Below are positions 20,717-30,460 of a stretch of DNA of 64,000 bases, in pieces. Under the pieces are notes generated by a model, which had not been told where the DNA came from, searched no databases, and worked only from the letters and a program-made list of their open reading frames with translations. Source of the DNA: an uncultured Planctomycetota bacterium (GTDB lineage: Bacteria; Planctomycetota; Planctomycetia; Isosphaerales; Isosphaeraceae); the NCBI GenBank assembly GCA_963823665.1, contig CAWGMQ010000010.1, positions 384,001 to 448,000 on the forward strand, given 5' to 3'. Made by a program: the position numbers and the translations under genes. Position 1 is the stretch's first letter, and each line of letters opens with the position of its first letter.

Positions 20717-21868
20717 GTGGCTGGTCGTATCTACCTCCTGAAAGAAGATTCCAAGCTCCTCGCAATGGAAGAGGCTTCGTACGACTCGGAGAGCCTGTTG
20801 CAGACGCTCTTGGCTGATCACCCGGATCTCCTCGCTGGGGATCAGATCGACGCCGAGGAGCCGAGGCGTTGGCTGCTTGTCACCCGTGAAATGGCTGTTC
20901 CCGGTGAACAAGATGGGGCGGCTCGATGGTCGCTCGACCATCTCTTTCTTGACCAAGATGCGATACCCACTCTCGTTGAGGTCAAGCGAAGTTCCGATAC
21001 CCGCATCCGGCGTGAGGTCATCGGTCAAATGCTCGACTACGCCGCCAATGCGGTCGCCTACTGGCCGGTCGAGGAGATCAAGGCCAAGTTCGAGAGCCGG
21101 TGCAAGGATGACGGCGACGATCCCGAGACCGAACTCATGGGGCTCCTTGGTGAAGGGCAAGACATTTCGACCTTCTGGCAATCAGTGAAAACGAATCTCC
21201 AGGCAGGGCGGGTCCGATTGCTTTTTATCGCCGACGAGATTCCAACCGAGTTGCGGCGGGTCGTCGAGTTCCTCAATACCCAGATGGACCCGGCAGAGGT
21301 GCTCGCCATCGAGGTCAAGCAGTTCGTGGGTGAGAACCTCAAGACGCTCGTTCCTCGTGTCGTGGGGCAGACGGAAACGGCTCGTCAGAAGAAGAAGGTG
21401 GAGCGGGGCGAACCACGGCAGTGGGATGAGTCGTCGTTCTTTTCGGATCTGAGTCAAAGACGGGGTGAACAAGAGGCGGCAGTCGCTCGGCGACTTCTGG
21501 ATTGGGCGAACAAACACGGTCTCCGTATTTGGTGGGGTCAAGGCAAGAAAGATGGATCGTACTTTCCGTCATACATTAGCAAGTTCGGCCAGCACCTTCT
21601 TTTCTCCGTCTGGACATACGGGAGCGTCGAGCTTCAATTTCAACACATGAAGAGACCACCGTTCGCCGAAGAAGGGAAGCGGAAGGAACTTGCCCAGCGG
21701 CTCTCGGCAATCGGAGTCTCGATATCCGACGAGGCGCTGAAGAAACGACCAACATTCGGTCTCAGCTTGCTGTTGACGCCCGGTCACTTGGACAAATTCG
21801 TGGGAGCCTTCGACTGGGTACTGTCGGAGATCAAGACGGTTGAGCAAGCCGGGACAACACCTTCCTGA
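20717..21868 (+). CDS. PD-(D/E)XK nuclease (NucS/DUF91-like N-domain) with an additional C-terminal domain
   Basis: ESLLQ.LL...P.LL, LDHLFLD, LVEVKR, RREVIGQMLDYA. Confidence 0.7.
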   Translation: MAGRIYLLKEDSKLLAMEEASYDSESLLQTLLADHPDLLAGDQIDAEEPRRWLLVTREMAVPGEQDGAARWSLDHLFLDQDAIPTLVEVKRSSDTRIRREVIGQMLDYAANAVAYWPVEEIKAKFESRCKDDGDDPETELMGLLGEGQDISTFWQSVKTNLQAGRVRLLFIADEIPTELRRVVEFLNTQMDPAEVLAIEVKQFVGENLKTLVPRVVGQTETARQKKKVERGEPRQWDESSFFSDLSQRRGEQEAAVARRLLDWANKHGLRIWWGQGKKDGSYFPSYISKFGQHLLFSVWTYGSVELQFQHMKRPPFAEEGKRKELAQRLSAIGVSISDEALKKRPTFGLSLLLTPGHLDKFVGAFDWVLSEIKTVEQAGTTPS

Positions 21869-21930
21869 CGTCATGTTCGGGCTCCATCAGGCAGACTGGT
21901 ATCAAGAGACAGTACGAGAAGGAGCGACCC

Positions 21931-22302
21931 GTGTGGATTTTCACCAAACACGGTTTCTTCAGTGCGGTCTGTGCTCGACAGGGTGACGGGAAGCACGGCC
22001 AACCCGTCGATCTTGGCCGCATCATGGTGCGGGCAAGAATTAGAAGTCTTCTCGAAGCTCTCAAAGAGCGATTTCCCGACCTCCTTGACGAGTGCGAAAT
22101 CCAAGAGTCTGCCGGGACCGATTACGCCTATCGGTTGTTCGTTCCAAAGTCAGCCTGGACGCACGTGGTTGCGGGATTAGCTTCGGAAACCGACTACGAC
22201 AATTTCAAGTCAGAAGTTGCCCGCCATCAGGGAAAAGAAGGAGCGGCCTACGAGCACTCGCTCCACGAGGTCTGGTCCGTGATGCACAGATTGCAGAAGT
22301 AG
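21931..22302 (+). CDS. Hypothetical protein (MWIFTxxGFFSAV...DYAYR...DYDNFK type)
   Basis: Strong RBS (AAGGAG) and a globular-looking sequence. Confidence 0.7.
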   Translation: MWIFTKHGFFSAVCARQGDGKHGQPVDLGRIMVRARIRSLLEALKERFPDLLDECEIQESAGTDYAYRLFVPKSAWTHVVAGLASETDYDNFKSEVARHQGKEGAAYEHSLHEVWSVMHRLQK

Positions 22303-22313
22303 GGGCATGAATA

Positions 22314-22736
22314 GTGCTTAATCTAGAGCCAATCGACCGTGACGTCTTGCTGAGGGAACTCAGAGAACTGCTAGGCGTTTCGATCCGTGAGGAAACGCAG
22401 CTTGATGGCGCTATCGTCATGGTCGGCGGTGATACTGGTGAGGTCATTGTCCGGGTCGGCGGAAGCAGGGTGTCTATCGCCCTTTTTCGTGTCTGTTGGG
22501 ATGGGCCGCACACCCCGGTCGTGCGACCGATCCACTTCGCAACCTTGAATTGGCGACGGCTTCCGGCTTCTACGCTGATGATGACGCTTCACCGCCTCAT
22601 CAACGCCGCCCGTGAAGTGCGTACGATGACGTATCGGCGGTGCGACCGATGCGGTAAGACAAAAGCGCCCGAATGGATGCACGACCAGAAAACGTGTCAA
22701 TCATGTGCCGAGCAGCATTTGGATGTTGTTCATTGA
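22314..22736 (+). CDS. Hypothetical protein with a C-terminal CxxC...CxxC zinc ribbon
   Basis: CDRC...CQSC. Co-oriented with its neighbours. Confidence 0.6.
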   Translation: MLNLEPIDRDVLLRELRELLGVSIREETQLDGAIVMVGGDTGEVIVRVGGSRVSIALFRVCWDGPHTPVVRPIHFATLNWRRLPASTLMMTLHRLINAAREVRTMTYRRCDRCGKTKAPEWMHDQKTCQSCAEQHLDVVH

Positions 22737-22811
22737 ACGTTGGGCATCGAATTGACTCACAAGGCCCCTACCCATACAGATCGACGAGCATGACAGCGCC
22801 GGAAACAAGTC

Positions 22812-23444
22812 GTGATTGACCTCGCTGCCGAAACTCTCTTGACCATTGAGAAAGCCGCAGAGCGTCTGCTCGTTTCGCAGTCCACGCTCACCAGGTGGAT
22901 CACCAAAGGTTCCAACGGCGTTCGGTTGGAAGCGGTAAAGGTCGGGAGTCGATGGCGCACGAGCGAGGAAGCCGTTCAACGCTTCAGCGATTCTCTCACC
23001 CCAAGCCATGAATCAACGACCTCCCAGCAGGTTCCCGTTTCCACGTCCAAGGAGATGCAGCGGCGTCTCGATTTGATGAATCAACAACTCGACGAGATGT
23101 ACGGGACACGGCGATGCGAGACCTGCAAAACAGAGATCAAGGCTCCCGGTCGGGTGCTTCCCAAGCATGAGCAACTTTGGTGCTCCAAATGCTTGGTCAA
23201 ACGCAAGTCGGCCACTTTGGGTCAGCGGATTCGCACGTTCCGGTGGGCGGCGTGGCTGACACAGGAAGACCTGTCCAACCGGACGGGGATCAGCATCGAA
23301 AGTATTCGGTCTTACGAGTACAAGCGGAAAGAGCCTTCTGATTCTCACCTTGCGAAACTGATCGAGGTCTTGGGCGAAGAATTGGTGAGCAACTACCACG
23401 GGCATTTGCAAGGTGACCAGAAGCCCGCAGAGAATGAGGATTGA
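22812..23444 (+). CDS. DUF1580/excisionase-like HTH + zinc ribbon + XRE HTH regulator
   Basis: MIDLAAETLLT...RWITKG..GVRLEAVKVGSRWRTSEEAVQRF (planctomycete DUF1580-like), CETC/CSKC, LTQEDLSNRTGIS...YEY..KEP. Confidence 0.75.
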   Translation: MIDLAAETLLTIEKAAERLLVSQSTLTRWITKGSNGVRLEAVKVGSRWRTSEEAVQRFSDSLTPSHESTTSQQVPVSTSKEMQRRLDLMNQQLDEMYGTRRCETCKTEIKAPGRVLPKHEQLWCSKCLVKRKSATLGQRIRTFRWAAWLTQEDLSNRTGISIESIRSYEYKRKEPSDSHLAKLIEVLGEELVSNYHGHLQGDQKPAENED

Positions 23445-23635
23445 AGTCCATTGTGGGGCTTATGGGTTGCCCGAGGGAGTCGGCGATCCGGCTGCTCCTC
23501 CGGGGTATTGGATCGTTCCCGAGCGACGAGGCGAGCGGCTCGTCCAACTTTTGTAAGTCGGATGGGAGTTGTCCAACTTTTGCACCGCACTGGGATAGGG
23601 CGCTCATCGCCTTCCTGATTCGCACAATGTGCGAG

Positions 23636-24655
23636 TCAAACCGTGAGAGTCTTGCCCGTGGGGCTGGCCTGAGCAGAAGCGGGTGACCGTTTGTCGGGAA
23701 GCGCCCGAAATCGCCGCTGCAACTCCTCCGGTAGTTCCTTGAGGCGCTCGTAGAAGGCGGTCTTCTTTTTTTCGTTCGCCGTCATCCAGTCTTCGACCAC
23801 TGCTTCCTTCGACCCACCAGCCTCTGACATCTCCTCGATCAGATCGAGGATGTGATCCTGCTCGTGGGTCTTCCGTTCTTCCCGGCTGAGAGTCGGTATC
23901 GGAGCGTAATAATCCTGCATGCTTGATACGACTAACTGCTTCCAATGGATGCTCGCTTCGCCTCGCCAATATTGCTCGAAGTCACTGAGTCCGTGCTTGA
24001 GCAGCCGCAGGTCAATCTGTTGTTGGGAGTTCTCAGCTTCAGCGATAATGAACTCGCAGATCTCACGCCTTTCTTCCAGGTCCGTGTAGGAGTTATCGAT
24101 TGTCTCGGCGAGGTGCCTGAGCATCGCTATCAGTTCGCTTGTGGTCGGGCGGAAGTGGTATGTCCGAATCCTGCCCTGGAGCGCCCGTAGCACGGGCATG
24201 TTGGCGAGTCGCACATTGTTCGAGATGATGACACTCCCCGTGAATAGACAAGACTCACGGGTCTTCGACTTCACGTTCGTGATGAGCCGCTCGTTCCGGC
24301 CGGTCTCGGAGTTGTGCCTGCCGTCACCGCATAGATGGAGGAGGATCTGCTGGGAGAGCCGATCCTGGACAAGCGTCGGGTCGTCATCGATGAACAGTAT
24401 GGCGTCGGAAAAATCCCGAGCAAGCTCGTATAGCCCGAGCGGAGAACATTTCCCCGCCAGCTTCCGGAATGCTCGGACCCCTCGCTCCTGGGCGTCCTTC
24501 AAGGTCACCTCGATGTTCCAGGTCTTGCCTACGCCTGTGTCGCCCCAGACGTAAAGCCCGTTGTGACGGCGGTTGATGATCCCGTTTACACGGTCGATCA
24601 CCGTCTGCTGCTTCTGCCGATACGAGGCGAGATGCTGATGGTCGGTCTCTTTCAT
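23636..24655 (-). CDS. Mobile-element P-loop ATPase
   Basis: YVWGDTGVGKT Walker A, ILFIDD Walker B, VIISNN, ALQGR. Confidence 0.75.
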   Translation of the reverse strand: MKETDHQHLASYRQKQQTVIDRVNGIINRRHNGLYVWGDTGVGKTWNIEVTLKDAQERGVRAFRKLAGKCSPLGLYELARDFSDAILFIDDDPTLVQDRLSQQILLHLCGDGRHNSETGRNERLITNVKSKTRESCLFTGSVIISNNVRLANMPVLRALQGRIRTYHFRPTTSELIAMLRHLAETIDNSYTDLEERREICEFIIAEAENSQQQIDLRLLKHGLSDFEQYWRGEASIHWKQLVVSSMQDYYAPIPTLSREERKTHEQDHILDLIEEMSEAGGSKEAVVEDWMTANEKKKTAFYERLKELPEELQRRFRALPDKRSPASAQASPTGKTLTV

Positions 24656-24673
24656 AGTCCGCTCTCTTTGAGG

Positions 24674-25085
24674 CGGAAACCCGGAAAGTCGGAAAACGGC
24701 TCTCCGGGTTTCCTCGAAGTCGTGATTGGTCCGTCCACATCCACGATCACGGCGTGAGTAATTCATGCGTCACGCCCGATAAACGACACGCACTCGGCGA
24801 TTGATAAAGACGACAAGGCGCTGCCATCGACCGTGCCCCCGCACGGATAGACATTCCCTCCCGGCCTGTAGAATCTCAAGTCGATGTCCGGTCCCCGAAC
24901 GAAGTACTCAGCATCTAAGTACCTCTGCTTCAACCAACGAAATACAAAGTCCTGAAGCCGACCGTGATCACGTGGTCGTTCCCGCCGATCAAAAGGCAAT
25001 CGTCCTTGTTCATAGAGTCTTGACTCATACTGGGTCGGAAACCCGGAAAGACGGAAAACCGATCTCCGTCTTTCCGGGTTTCCGA
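24674..25085. repeat. Two CGGAAACCCGGAAAGWCGGAAAAC boxes; the second forms a perfect 21-bp inverted repeat
   Basis: Boxes at 24674-24697 and 25036-25059. IR arms 25035-25055 and 25065-25085 (TCGGAAACCCGGAAAGACGGA / TCCGTCTTTCCGGGTTTCCGA). Confidence 0.85.
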
Positions 25086-25092
25086 GTCTCGA

Positions 25093-25779
25093 TCAGCCCC
25101 GCAACTTCCACGGAGCATTGATGTAAGGCTCCAAGATCGGGTGGTCATGGAGCAGCTTCGCCCGAAACCCGGCGTCGAAGTGAGCCATGTCCAGGACGCC
25201 GGTCTCGGTCAGGTCCGTGATTTGATGGACCTGGGTCTCCTCCCCGGTTGCCAGGATGATCCGCATCGACGGAGGGCGATTCCGGCTATCGGCGAGTTTC
25301 GACGCAAGCCAACCGAAGTTGGGTGCGTCTTGGGTATCCACGGCGAGGAAGTCGAAGTCCGCCGCTTGCTCAACACCTCGCTCACGGGCAAGCCTGGATC
25401 GCTTGTGGACGGCGACAACGATAGGGTTCTTGATCCCCTCCTCTATGTACGCCTTCCACCACCGGGAGCGGATCTCCTTCGAGCAACCCTGGAGGTCCGA
25501 AAGATCTGGGTCACTAAGGATGATGGGTTTGTCTTGATCTTCGGCGACAACCACGACATCCCAGTCCTGATGACGGTTGCGGAACAGGCGTCTTGGCTTC
25601 TTCATGCTGAACTCCATCGCTAAGCAGACGTGAAAGCGCACGACGATCGAGCCAGCGCAAAGCTGGTCTTTCGCCTCTTTCCAGGTCGCTCCCTCATGGC
25701 AGGTGGGATGGGCCGTCGCATACCCAATCGACCCCTGACTCGATGTTGCTATGTTACAAGTAGGCGTGGATTGGATCAA
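25093..25779 (-). CDS. Hypothetical protein (start uncertain, possibly MKKPRR)
   Basis: Longest ORF in the interval and co-oriented with the ATPase. Confidence 0.5.
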   Translation of the reverse strand: MIQSTPTCNIATSSQGSIGYATAHPTCHEGATWKEAKDQLCAGSIVVRFHVCLAMEFSMKKPRRLFRNRHQDWDVVVVAEDQDKPIILSDPDLSDLQGCSKEIRSRWWKAYIEEGIKNPIVVAVHKRSRLARERGVEQAADFDFLAVDTQDAPNFGWLASKLADSRNRPPSMRIILATGEETQVHQITDLTETGVLDMAHFDAGFRAKLLHDHPILEPYINAPWKLRG

Positions 25780-26144
25780 GCATAAACAAACTCGGATTGC
25801 GTCGATTCTGTGTGCCGCCTTTGAGCCGAACCCAGATCCATTGGTTTTCGACCCGAAACCAAGAAAACTTTCGACTTCGGTAAGGTTTTGAGCCCAAAAG
25901 GTACATTAGTAACTCGATCATGGTGCGTGGTCGGCGGCGTGTCGTTCTGCGAGGGATTTGGCATGTTCCATCGCCTGCTTTCCCGAGTCGAACACGGCTT
26001 CACACTTGCCTTGCGGTCGGCCCGAAACACCACGATCAATCGTCCTCTGCTATCTTGAAATTCAATCATAATATATTGTAGTATGGACATACAAAAGTTC
26101 TGTCGCAAAAAGAAGACGGACTGCATAGATAGCAAGGAGGCACT

Positions 26145-26528
26145 ATGAGAGATCATTTCTTACTGGGCGAGGTCGCCAAGGTGTTGGGTCGAAGACCCCA
26201 TCAAATCATTCACCTACTGACAAGCGGCAAGATCGCCGAGCCGAAGGCACGGATCGCCAACAAACGACTATTCGTTCCTGAAGATGTCGTCAGGCTCGCT
26301 CACCATTTCAAGGTGGTGCCAAAATGGGATGTCGTCGAACCGGCACCTGCGGATGCTGACGAAGATACATCGGAAAGACTGAGACTCCGACCACCGTTTG
26401 AGGTGGTATCAACGGGCCAGACCGCTCACGAGATCAAGGACGGGGATGGGGTGGTCTTCGGTTGGGCCGGGGATCGAAGCAAGGCGCTGGTCTTGGCTGG
26501 GCTGCTGGAGGCAGCGGCTCGGGGCTGA
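26145..26528 (+). CDS. Small HTH DNA-binding protein (MerR/excisionase-like)
   Basis: RBS AAGGAGG. FLLGEVAKVLG...LLTSGKIAEP...KRLF.PEDV.RL pattern. Confidence 0.65.
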   Translation: MRDHFLLGEVAKVLGRRPHQIIHLLTSGKIAEPKARIANKRLFVPEDVVRLAHHFKVVPKWDVVEPAPADADEDTSERLRLRPPFEVVSTGQTAHEIKDGDGVVFGWAGDRSKALVLAGLLEAAARG

Positions 26529-26615
26529 TGCGCAACCAAGAAGACAAATAAGAAGTCGGACGCCGTGGCGGGTTAGGTCACGGCGTCCATAGTCCCTATT
26601 GAAAGGAAAAGTCTA

Positions 26616-28238
26616 ATGTATATACGTAAAATGTCCGGGATTTCCCCGGAAAGGAGAGTCCTGACTTGGATCAGAAAGCGCATTCACCCCTATTGCTGGG
26701 GGAGAAGCAACCGCTTCAAAAAGGGGTTCAGCCAGACGAGTAGTCGTCAAATCCTGGAGTTCTTCGGCTGCCTACGCTATGAACTGCCAAAGCGGTTCCT
26801 TCCCAGCATTAGTAACAAGGACTTCATGACCCACTTCACTGGTCAGGAGATCCTTTACTTTCAATCGAATGGTCGCTGGCGTGTCCCAGAGACCCTTATC
26901 AAGATTGACATCGACTGCCACACAATGGGGTCATACCAGGGGGCGCTGGAATGCGTTGAGTGGTTGAGAAACAATTTGTTCCCAGGGTTGTTCTGGTGTC
27001 GATCGACGAACGGCCGGGGAGCGCACGCATACATTGTGATCAGGAAGGCGGGCTCCGGTGACGAGATGCTCGACAAGGCCATCACGAAGCTGGAGCGGTG
27101 GCTTCAGTACCAGCATTACCTTCACGGTTGGGACTTCGAGATCATCGAGGTAAAGGGTAGACCTCCGATCTTTCGCTGGGCTGACGAGAAATATGAGTTG
27201 AGGGACGTGAGGCTGGGAACGTTGGCTAAAGTTCCGGTGGACGGCCTACTTCGCCCAGAGGAATTGATGGCGACTACCTCTGTGAGCATTCCCTGGCTCA
27301 ATCGACTTGGGCTGGAAGTCCCGAAGGGTTGGAACAAGAGTGATATATACTGTTCTACTTATAGTTTGCCAATAAGCGATAGTGGCTTTGGTGACATCAA
27401 CCTTGAGGATCTCAGGCTGTGGCAACCTGAAACTGGGAGCCGTGTCTGGTGCCCGTGGATTGAAAGGATGGCCAAGACCGGGTTGGTTGAAAATGACTCA
27501 ATGAGCAAGGTTGTTTATGAACTTGCGAAGTGGTTGCTCTGGATTGAACTATTTGATAGTGACGATCGTCAGGAACTTGCGACCGAGTTGCTTCAATCCT
27601 ACGTTATTTACAAACACAATGGTCATGTGAGTCGGTTAACTAATGGGCATGAAGCAGAGGTGTTGTCACAGGTTCAGCGAATTGTTGCTTCTGCTGTGGT
27701 AATCAACCCGGATTCTAACGAATTGTTCGCCCGAATTCGTGAAGGCCGAGACAACGGGAAGTATTGGCGTCCGATCAAGATAGTTCCCTTGCTCTCAGGA
27801 ACCAGGGCGACTAATAGTGGTGACGATACACATATAATATGTACTACTTATAGTTTGCCAATAAGAGAAGACCTTCTACCCCACATCATCGAAGACAAAC
27901 TTCTCCGATATGCGACGTCGAAGCGAATGAGACGATCCCAAGGTGATTACCCATTTGTTCGCTTTTCTCGACGACTACTGAATCACCTATATGATCGGAA
28001 GGGCTCGGCACGGCTCAGCACAGAGAGTCTAACCACGCTGGTTACTAACGTTCATCAACAAAACGATTTCAAAAAAGCGCTTCGGGATCTCAATCTGCTG
28101 CGGGACTGGACCGGAACCTACCGAGCCAAGAGCGCCTCTTGCCTCTATCACCTGACCGATGAGGCACTGACTCTTATTAGGAAGCACCAGTCGGACGTCG
28201 GATCTGAACATTCTGATCCGGTTTCCCTGTGCGGCTAA
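26616..28238 (+). CDS. Putative replication initiator/primase (AEP-like)
   Basis: LIKIDIDCH (hhDhD) and RSTNGRGAHAY (SxxGxGxH) motifs. C-terminal wHTH-like region. RBS GAAAGGA. Confidence 0.65.
   Translation: MYIRKMSGISPERRVLTWIRKRIHPYCWGRSNRFKKGFSQTSSRQILEFFGCLRYELPKRFLPSISNKDFMTHFTGQEILYFQSNGRWRVPETLIKIDIDCHTMGSYQGALECVEWLRNNLFPGLFWCRSTNGRGAHAYIVIRKAGSGDEMLDKAITKLERWLQYQHYLHGWDFEIIEVKGRPPIFRWADEKYELRDVRLGTLAKVPVDGLLRPEELMATTSVSIPWLNRLGLEVPKGWNKSDIYCSTYSLPISDSGFGDINLEDLRLWQPETGSRVWCPWIERMAKTGLVENDSMSKVVYELAKWLLWIELFDSDDRQELATELLQSYVIYKHNGHVSRLTNGHEAEVLSQVQRIVASAVVINPDSNELFARIREGRDNGKYWRPIKIVPLLSGTRATNSGDDTHIICTTYSLPIREDLLPHIIEDKLLRYATSKRMRRSQGDYPFVRFSRRLLNHLYDRKGSARLSTESLTTLVTNVHQQNDFKKALRDLNLLRDWTGTYRAKSASCLYHLTDEALTLIRKHQSDVGSEHSDPVSLCG
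27355..27865. repeat. 22-bp AT-rich direct repeat CTACTTATAGTTTGCCAATAAG inside the rep gene
   Basis: Exact copies at 27355-27376 and 27844-27865. Confidence 0.85.
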
Positions 28239-28815
28239 TTCTCAGTGCCCCACCCCCCAAACCCCCGGCCCCGCCGCCAACGTCGTTAATAATCGACTCG
28301 TAGAATGTGCGAATTGACGACTCGATCATGAAGATTGACCATCCAGCACGGGTTGACCGTGGCACCGGAGCGCTCCTCGCGCACGAGGTCTCATCGTGAG
28401 CCCCAAGAAATTGATAAGGATTTCTTTCATCTCGACTCGGCGAAAGCCGTTAGCGAGATCGAACTCACACGGGCGACCCTCGTGAGCATTTACGGCGTGC
28501 CGCTTATTAGCGCTGATGGCGAACGGCAGGTACAAAGGTTGAACGGGCGTCGTTATTAGCCACCCGGCTTGCCGGGGTGCTTCCTGCGAGCCCGGCCGGG
28601 GCTAATAACGACCAAGAATCCTCCATTTCTCGCTGCTGGTAAAGATCTCAGCGTTACGTGGAATAGCGTCGGGTTGCGTATTGATGCGTGGACGGACGAC
28701 GATCGCCCGGCTGGGTGAGCACCGAACCGTCCACGTTCAGTCGGTTAAATGCGGGTAGCTGGACCTGGCGGTCGTCAGCTACACCGGTCGGGCATCGTAG
28801 CCCAGGTGGGAAAGG

Positions 28816-29637
28816 TCAGGCGCTCAATCCAAGAGTCATATTTGCCAGCCGCCTTCGGGCATGTCCGACCGCCTCATCCCAGGGTTCAAAAAGGAGGTAC
28901 TGACGACCAGCCATCAGTGCCGCCACACCTGTGGTGCCGGTTCCCCCACATACATCCAGAACCAAGTTTCCTGGACGTGAGTAGGTTCGGATCAGATCAT
29001 ACGCAAGTTGCCAGGGCATGATCGCCCCGTGGCGACTCTGCACCGCCTCCAAGTCTTCGCACGACTTGCCCCATCCGACTTCGTACTCCTTGATGCCGTC
29101 GTCTTCGTCGTATTCCCATACGTCACCACTGTAACCCATCTCCCTGGTTCTACGAATCATTCGTCGTTCGATCGTCCCATCGGGATTTCTGAAGTTCTGC
29201 CTATTCGTTGAACCAGCAGTGGAATTCCGAACGATCTTGAGCCGGGTCACTACGCCGGGTGTTCCTTTCGACAACACATAGACCTGGGACACCAATCTGT
29301 AAAATCGCCGGGGAGTCGGTTTGTAACTGTGAAGGATGATCGTTAACGTCTGGTGGACCCGGAACCCCAAGTGACGAAAGTATAAGAGTTGGCGGCAACG
29401 ATCTAGGGACTCCGACCCGTCTTCGATCTGATCCTGATGGTGCCAACAAACCACCCCGCCCGGTGCAATCACCCGCCATAATTCGGCGGCGATCGGTTCA
29501 AAGTCGAACCGGTGCTCCCCGTAGGTGCGGGTCTGGCCCCAGGGCGGTGACGTCACAACCAAGGGGATCGATTCTGACTGGACATCCGGAAGTCCTTGCA
29601 AGGCACCACACTGAAAGAGTTCATTCATATTTATCAA
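28816..29637 (-). CDS. Orphan beta-class N4-cytosine/N6-adenine DNA methyltransferase
   Basis: VVTSPPW catalytic motif precedes VLDVCGGTGTT SAM motif. HGAIMP. Confidence 0.85.
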   Translation of the reverse strand: MINMNELFQCGALQGLPDVQSESIPLVVTSPPWGQTRTYGEHRFDFEPIAAELWRVIAPGGVVCWHHQDQIEDGSESLDRCRQLLYFRHLGFRVHQTLTIILHSYKPTPRRFYRLVSQVYVLSKGTPGVVTRLKIVRNSTAGSTNRQNFRNPDGTIERRMIRRTREMGYSGDVWEYDEDDGIKEYEVGWGKSCEDLEAVQSRHGAIMPWQLAYDLIRTYSRPGNLVLDVCGGTGTTGVAALMAGRQYLLFEPWDEAVGHARRRLANMTLGLSA

Positions 29638-29659
29638 ACCTCCTTAAGTAGAGTGAAGT

Positions 29660-29685
29660 GGGGCTGGGGAACAATCCCCAGCCCC
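29660..29685. terminator. GC-rich hairpin between the 29694 gene and the MTase
   Basis: GGGGCTGGGGA-ACAA-TCCCCAGCCCC perfect 11-bp stem. Confidence 0.5.
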
Positions 29686-29693
29686 GGAGTCAT

Positions 29694-30386
29694 TCAAGCC
29701 GAAACATCAACGGTGAGCTTCTGGATCAGATCGGTGACCTTCGCCGAAATTTGAGCCAAGACTTCGTTGCAACCGGGCGTCATGCCAACCTTCTCTGCTT
29801 CGATGAGCAGAGAGTACGCCTTACCCAGTACTTCTGACGCCGTCAGAGATGCTCCAACGTCTGACGTTGCGTATTTCTCAAGTCCGGGCCGATTGTAGTC
29901 GGTCGTCGTCATCTTCCGAATCGTCGTCTTTTCTGGGGCGACTTCGGTGGTCTCATCGTTCGCCACTTCTGGGGCGATATCAGTGATGTGATCAGTCCCA
30001 ACGTCCGAAGTGGTCGGAATGGGTGTCGCCCGACGACGCCTTTGGGGAGGGGGCGACTTGATGATCTCAAGTGCCGACTTCATGTCAGTGACGGTCATGT
30101 CATTGAACTGATTCAAATCATCGAAACTGACCCGTTCATACACTTTGATGGAATTCGTCGCCGTACTGAGTGAGTAGGGTTGGGTCTTGACCCAGGTCAT
30201 CCACTCACCCTTCTCCTTTTGTTTTTCCCGGATCAGGGACAGGGACTCCCCAAATAACCAGGTTTCAATGATCGTTTTTCGTCCGAAGTTGTTGATTTCG
30301 GACGCCCGATCCAAGGCGTACTCTTCCAGGGTTTCCAGAGTCCACGACTTGTCCGGACGGCCGTTCGTTGTGATGGTGGTATTCAT
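29694..30386 (-). CDS. Hypothetical protein of the integrative element
   Basis: 230-aa ORF. GESLSLIREKQK..GEW..WV resembles small phage-type helical proteins. Confidence 0.6.
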   Translation of the reverse strand: MNTTITTNGRPDKSWTLETLEEYALDRASEINNFGRKTIIETWLFGESLSLIREKQKEKGEWMTWVKTQPYSLSTATNSIKVYERVSFDDLNQFNDMTVTDMKSALEIIKSPPPQRRRRATPIPTTSDVGTDHITDIAPEVANDETTEVAPEKTTIRKMTTTDYNRPGLEKYATSDVGASLTASEVLGKAYSLLIEAEKVGMTPGCNEVLAQISAKVTDLIQKLTVDVSA

Positions 30387-30460
30387 CGGAGTAGGTGTCC
30401 TTTCGTAACGTTTTTCGTCAGCCTCTCAGTTGAGCCGATGACCCCTCGGTCGGTGTCGGT

